Virus record (IMG/VR): IMGVR_UViG_3300035696_000032
DNA length: 20,000 bases
Strand: one strand, 5' to 3'
Source of the DNA: an uncultured virus (IMG/VR IMGVR_UViG_3300035696_000032)
Lineage: Duplodnaviria; Heunggongvirae; Uroviricota; Caudoviricetes
Part shown: in pieces, positions 17,019 to 20,000 of the stretch
How the letters are laid out: each line of letters begins with the position of its first letter
Numbering within the stretch: the first letter of the stretch is position 1
Position numbers and translations under genes: made by a program
The notes under the pieces: generated by a model
The model's database searches: none
Told to the model about the DNA's origin: nothing
Seen by the model: only the letters and a program-made list of their open reading frames with translations

Positions 17019-18095
17019 ATGAGCGCAAGCGCAAAGTATCAAGAGGTAGCAATTAGCCGACTGCGACCGAACCCGTTCAACCCGAGGAAGACCGCCGACC
17101 GTCCCGAGGACCAGCCCGACCAACTGAAAATCAAGGACATGGCCGAGTCCATCCGGAAGGACGGCGTGCTCTCGCCCATCATGGTCCGTCCGAAGGACGG
17201 GAACTACGAGGTGGCCTTCGGCGGTCGGCGCCTGCTCGGCCTGAAGATGGGAAAGGCGTCGAAGGTCGCGGTCATCGTGCGTCCGCTCGACGACCGGGAG
17301 ATGCGCCGGTACTCGATGGTCGAGAACCTCCACCGGTTGGAGATGACGGCGGAGGAGAAGGAAGAGGCCCTCGGGAAGATTTTCGAGCAGGACTACAAGC
17401 ACAGCAAGGTCGGCGCGGGCGCGGGGAACAAGGGCGGCGTCCGGCAGATGGCGAGGGACTTCGGAATCCCGCAGAAGACGCTCGGCGAGTACATCCAGGC
17501 GCACGAGACGCGGGCCGCCGAGAAAATGAGCGCCATCGCTCATTTGTCCCCGAAGGACACGGTCAAGGTCGGCCGCATCCTCAAGGACTCGCCGAAGGCG
17601 GCGCGGGTGCTCGCCAAGGCCCGGAGCAGCGGCGGACTGACCGCGGCCCGGTTGGAGGACGCGGTGACGCTCGTCCAGCGCGCCCCGGCCGAGCACAAGG
17701 AGCAGGTCGCGGAGGGCATCGCTCGGGCCGCCGAGAAGCGAGTGGACGACGAGCGGGCGAGCGACAAGGTCATCGAGGGCGAGATGGAGGACGCGAAGGC
17801 GTTCGTCGACAAGGGCAAGGTGTCGAAGCAAATCTCCTGGGAAATCCGGGGCGACCAGGCCCGGCTGAACCGTGCCACGGCGCTGGCGGAGATGGCGCGC
17901 AAGCTCGACGCGACGTACCTGGAGACCTTCTACGACCCGAAGGCCCGGGCCCAGGCCGTGGACATCCTCTACGAGGCGGGGCAGGCGCTCCTAGCGACCG
18001 CCCGCGCCGGGCGTGACCCCGCGAACGTCAAGCGATGGGGCGAGGACCACAACGAGCGGAAGGCCCTGGCGAGCGGCGCGGGGAGCGGAGCATGA
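17019..18095 (+). CDS. ParB/RepB/Spo0J family protein
   Basis: LRPNPFNPRK, MAESIRKDGVLSPIMVRP, YEVAFGGRR, MVENLHRLEMT, then an HTH-like VRQMARDFGIPQKTLGEYI. Confidence 0.88.
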   Translation: MSASAKYQEVAISRLRPNPFNPRKTADRPEDQPDQLKIKDMAESIRKDGVLSPIMVRPKDGNYEVAFGGRRLLGLKMGKASKVAVIVRPLDDREMRRYSMVENLHRLEMTAEEKEEALGKIFEQDYKHSKVGAGAGNKGGVRQMARDFGIPQKTLGEYIQAHETRAAEKMSAIAHLSPKDTVKVGRILKDSPKAARVLAKARSSGGLTAARLEDAVTLVQRAPAEHKEQVAEGIARAAEKRVDDERASDKVIEGEMEDAKAFVDKGKVSKQISWEIRGDQARLNRATALAEMARKLDATYLETFYDPKARAQAVDILYEAGQALLATARAGRDPANVKRWGEDHNERKALASGAGSGA

Positions 18096-18832
18096 GCGCC
18101 GCCGACATCCCCGCGGACGACGAAATCCGAAAGCAATCGCTGAACACGTACCTCCGAAGGCTCGGCTTCCGGGGACCGAGGCGCGCGAAGCAGAGGAACT
18201 TCTACCGGCAGCTTCGAATACTCGTCTTCGAGCAAGGGAAGAACCCGACGATGTCCGAGGTGATGAGGCTGGCCGGGATGAATCCCGACGGTTTCCGGGA
18301 CCGCGGGACGGCGTACGCGATGAACGGCGAGATTCGACGGTGGATGATAGCGGCCCTCTACTGGTTCCGCGTCCACAACGGCGAGGACCAACTCGACGAA
18401 ATCGACAACCGCACCTCCGCCCCCGTACAGTTCGACATCTTCGTGCAGAACATCGGCGAGAACGGGATACCCGCGGTCGCCGCAGAGGGCAACAGTTTCA
18501 TCGAGGAGCCACGCTACCACAAGCTGAGCCTGTCGGACTACCTGGAACTGCGGCGGAAGAGCCTCAACCGCGTCGTTGCGATAGCCGGTCGAGTCTCCGA
18601 GGAAGACCACATGGTGACGAGGGCCGTCCCTAAAGCCCTGGCCCAACTGCACCCCGTCGCCCTGCACTCAAACGGGAACACGCTTAGTCTGCCCGACCCG
18701 AAGGGCAAGTGGTACGACTGCCCCGTCTGCGGCTACGGAACGGACACCGAGGAACTGACCCGAGAGCACGAGCAGCAGTCTCACACACCGGAGGAGGTGG
18801 CCGCCGCCCGCCGCAAGGAGGGCGGCGACTAG
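18092..18832 (+). CDS. Hypothetical protein with C-terminal C2H2 zinc finger (246 aa)
   Basis: ATGA overlap with ParB; CPVCGYGTDTEELTREHEQQSH. Confidence 0.75.
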   Translation: MSAADIPADDEIRKQSLNTYLRRLGFRGPRRAKQRNFYRQLRILVFEQGKNPTMSEVMRLAGMNPDGFRDRGTAYAMNGEIRRWMIAALYWFRVHNGEDQLDEIDNRTSAPVQFDIFVQNIGENGIPAVAAEGNSFIEEPRYHKLSLSDYLELRRKSLNRVVAIAGRVSEEDHMVTRAVPKALAQLHPVALHSNGNTLSLPDPKGKWYDCPVCGYGTDTEELTREHEQQSHTPEEVAAARRKEGGD

Positions 18833-18842
18833 GAGGTAGTCG

Positions 18843-19004
18843 ATGGCGAAAAGCACAGCGAAGTACATGCTCACCTTCTACCCCGACGCCGAGGCCATGC
18901 GCCAAATCCAGACCCTCGCGGAAAAGGAGGACCGCCCGATGACCAGGGTCGTTCTCACCCTGGTCCGCGAGGCGCTGGACGCACGTCGGGCCAAGAGGCG
19001 GTGA
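18843..19004 (+). CDS. Ribbon-helix-helix (CopG/Arc-like) protein (53 aa)
   Basis: GGAGGT SD; MAKSTAKYMLTFYPDAEAMRQIQTLAEKEDRPMTRVVLTLVREAL. Not in the track. Confidence 0.8.
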   Translation: MAKSTAKYMLTFYPDAEAMRQIQTLAEKEDRPMTRVVLTLVREALDARRAKRR

Positions 19005-19330
19005 GCGCGATGGAGCCGGCCGAGCGTGGCGCAGCGGAGGGCAATCTGTTCTACCAAAAGCTCTGGGAACTGAACGAGACGATGGAGGAAGTCGCTCAGA
19101 GCTTCGTCGACTCCAACCTCGGGGGGGCCAAGGTCGACCGCGAGTTCGCCCCACTTTTGGCGGGCCTGGAGCTGGCGTACGGGAAAATCATCAACCTCGT
19201 AGCCCACAAGAGAAGGCTCCCAGGACTCCCGGGCGTGATGGCGAATCGGGACGTCGGATGGGTGCTGGGCATCGCCGGCGCTAAGGCACCGCCGGAACTC
19301 GGTGGCCCACCGCTGAGTAAGCAGAGCTAG
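19001..19330 (+). CDS. Hypothetical protein (109 aa)
   Basis: GTGA overlap with the RHH stop; last CDS before the ncRNA array. Confidence 0.65.
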   Translation: MSAMEPAERGAAEGNLFYQKLWELNETMEEVAQSFVDSNLGGAKVDREFAPLLAGLELAYGKIINLVAHKRRLPGLPGVMANRDVGWVLGIAGAKAPPELGGPPLSKQS

Positions 19331-19376
19331 GCGACTCGCACCAACCTCTAAGTAGACCAACCCCTTCCTTCTTTTC

Positions 19377-19496
19377 GGACGCGGTATAGAGGACGGGTTC
19401 CTTCTCTGAAAAAGAAAGTAAGCGGGTTCGATTCCCGTCGGCCCTTCGGGGCTGGCTGAGGCAGCACTAAAAAAACCCTCCTCACCTTTCCCGTCC
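19377..19496 (+). ncRNA. Structured ncRNA unit 1: Y RNA-like scaffold with permuted tRNA-like domain (GAA loop)
   Basis: GGACG(C)GG...CCCGTCC closing helix; inner stem GAGGA(C)GGGTT/AACCCTCCTC; TTCT-ctGAAaa-AGAA; T arm GCGGG-TTCGATT-CCCGT; CGGCCC-TTCG-GGGCTG; GCTG-AGG-CAGC. Confidence 0.75.
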
Positions 19497-19534
19497 ACCC
19501 CAAGTCTTAATACTAGTCGGACCATCCATCCTTC

Positions 19535-19670
19535 GGACGCGGTAAAGGGAACGGTTACTTCGCATCATAAGCGCCCGCTCCGGGTTCAACTCCCGGCGCC
19601 GAGACCTCCTCGGTGGGGTCGGTACCCTGGGTTCCCCGAAAGGGGGTCTCCGTCCCCGCCCTTCCCGTCC
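19535..19670 (+). ncRNA. Structured ncRNA unit 2: same scaffold with permuted tRNA-like domain (CAT loop) plus GAAA hairpin
   Basis: CGC-atCATaa-GCG; T arm CCGGG-TTCAACT-CCCGG; 7-bp CGCCGAG-acctc-CTCGGTG; GGGT-cggt-ACCC; CCCC-GAAA-GGGG; preceded by TTAATACTAG at 19507. Confidence 0.75.
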
Positions 19671-19708
19671 ACCTCAAGTTTTAATACTAGTCCGGCAGTC
19701 GCTCCCTC

Positions 19709-19793
19709 GGACGCGGTATAGTCGAGGGGTACTTCTTTCTCCATTCAGGAAAAATGCCCGAAAGGGCAGTCTCCCTCGGCGCTCTTCCCGTCC
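19709..19793 (+). ncRNA. Structured ncRNA unit 3 (85 nt)
   Basis: Same termini; inner stem GTCGAGGG/CCCTCGGC; GTACTTC motif; TGCCC-GAAA-GGGCA hairpin; TTAATACTAG at 19681. Confidence 0.72.
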
Positions 19794-19824
19794 ACCTTAA
19801 GAACGAGCGGGGCCGTCGCCCTGC

Positions 19825-19894
19825 GGACGCGGTACAGGGCTCGGGTACTTCCCCGTAAAGGAGACGCTACCACCCGGGCTCGCTCTTCCCGTCC
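19825..19894 (+). ncRNA. Structured ncRNA unit 4 (70 nt), minimal, GTA anticodon-like loop
   Basis: Same termini; 10-bp inner stem GGGCTCGGGT/ACCCGGGCTC; TTCC-ccGTAaa-GGAG; TTAAGAA at 19797. Confidence 0.7.
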
Positions 19895-19925
19895 ACCTTT
19901 AGTACTAGTGCGCGCTGGAGGGTGT

Positions 19926-20000
19926 GGACGCGGTATAGCACGGGGATACTTCACCAATTCCTGATGATGCCCGAAAGGGCAGTCTCCCTGTGCGCTCTTC
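19926..20000 (+). ncRNA. Structured ncRNA unit 5 (truncated by the window end)
   Basis: GGACGCGGTATAG start; inner stem GCACGGGGA/TCCCTGTGC; TACTTC; TGCCC-GAAA-GGGCA; ends in GCTCTTC like units 3 and 4; TTTAGTACTAG at 19898. Confidence 0.7.

Larger units (their letters stand above)
1..20000. mobile_element. Segment of a probable archaeal virus/provirus (or virus-like plasmid)
   Basis: No housekeeping genes. Carries Prim-Pol/D5 helicase, Bet, Hjc-like nuclease, Gp37/Gp68, MTase, SNF2, ParB-like proteins, tRNAs and virion-like proteins, with archaeal-type TATA/SD signals and tightly overlapping ATGA/GTGA gene junctions. Confidence 0.85.

Noticed and set aside
19377..19670. Ordinary tRNA-Phe and tRNA-Met genes
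   Set aside because: No 5' acceptor strand or D arm upstream of the anticodon arm. The arms are in permuted order and the acceptor stem is closed by a loop.
18878..19957. Minus-strand ORFs 18878..19525 and 19745..19957
   Set aside because: Antisense to plus-strand genes and the ncRNA array; translations are not protein-like.
19961..19985. Hammerhead ribozyme or C/D box (CTGATGA followed by a hairpin)
   Set aside because: The hairpin is followed by GTCT rather than the required GAAA core, and CTGATGA is absent from the other units.
19377..20000. CRISPR or mini-CRISPR array
   Set aside because: The conserved parts are two short complementary motifs bracketing self-folding inserts of very unequal length, each unit has a TATA-like box, and there are no identical 25-40 nt repeats or cas genes.

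Overview
GC-rich segment of a virus, provirus or plasmid-like element, most likely archaeal and non-halophilic. Support: TATA boxes about 31-33 nt upstream of leaderless starts, GGTGA/GGAGG Shine-Dalgarno sites, many small CPxCG/C2H2 zinc fingers, RHH regulators and an Hjc-like resolvase. In order, the window holds putative virion genes (minus strand), two tandem tRNA-Ile genes (GAU and the rare UAU), a NADAR protein, small Zn-finger and RHH genes, an SNF2 helicase, DUF5131 (Gp37/Gp68), an N4C/N6A DNA methyltransferase, a Prim-Pol/D5 primase-helicase with inverted iteron-like repeats inside its 3' end, a Bet-like recombinase, two ParB-like proteins and an Hjc-like nuclease. The most striking feature is at 19377-20000, running off the window: a tandem array of at least five structured ncRNA genes, each with a TATA-like box. 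They share a closing helix with a bulged C (GGACG-C-GG...CC-CGTCC) and a covarying inner stem. Their cargo varies and includes circularly permuted tRNA-like domains and anticodon-like loops (GAA, CAT, GTA). The array resembles Ro60-binding Y RNA/YrlA tRNA mimics but differs in keeping an anticodon arm. All protein assignments come from motifs recognised by eye; no searches were run.
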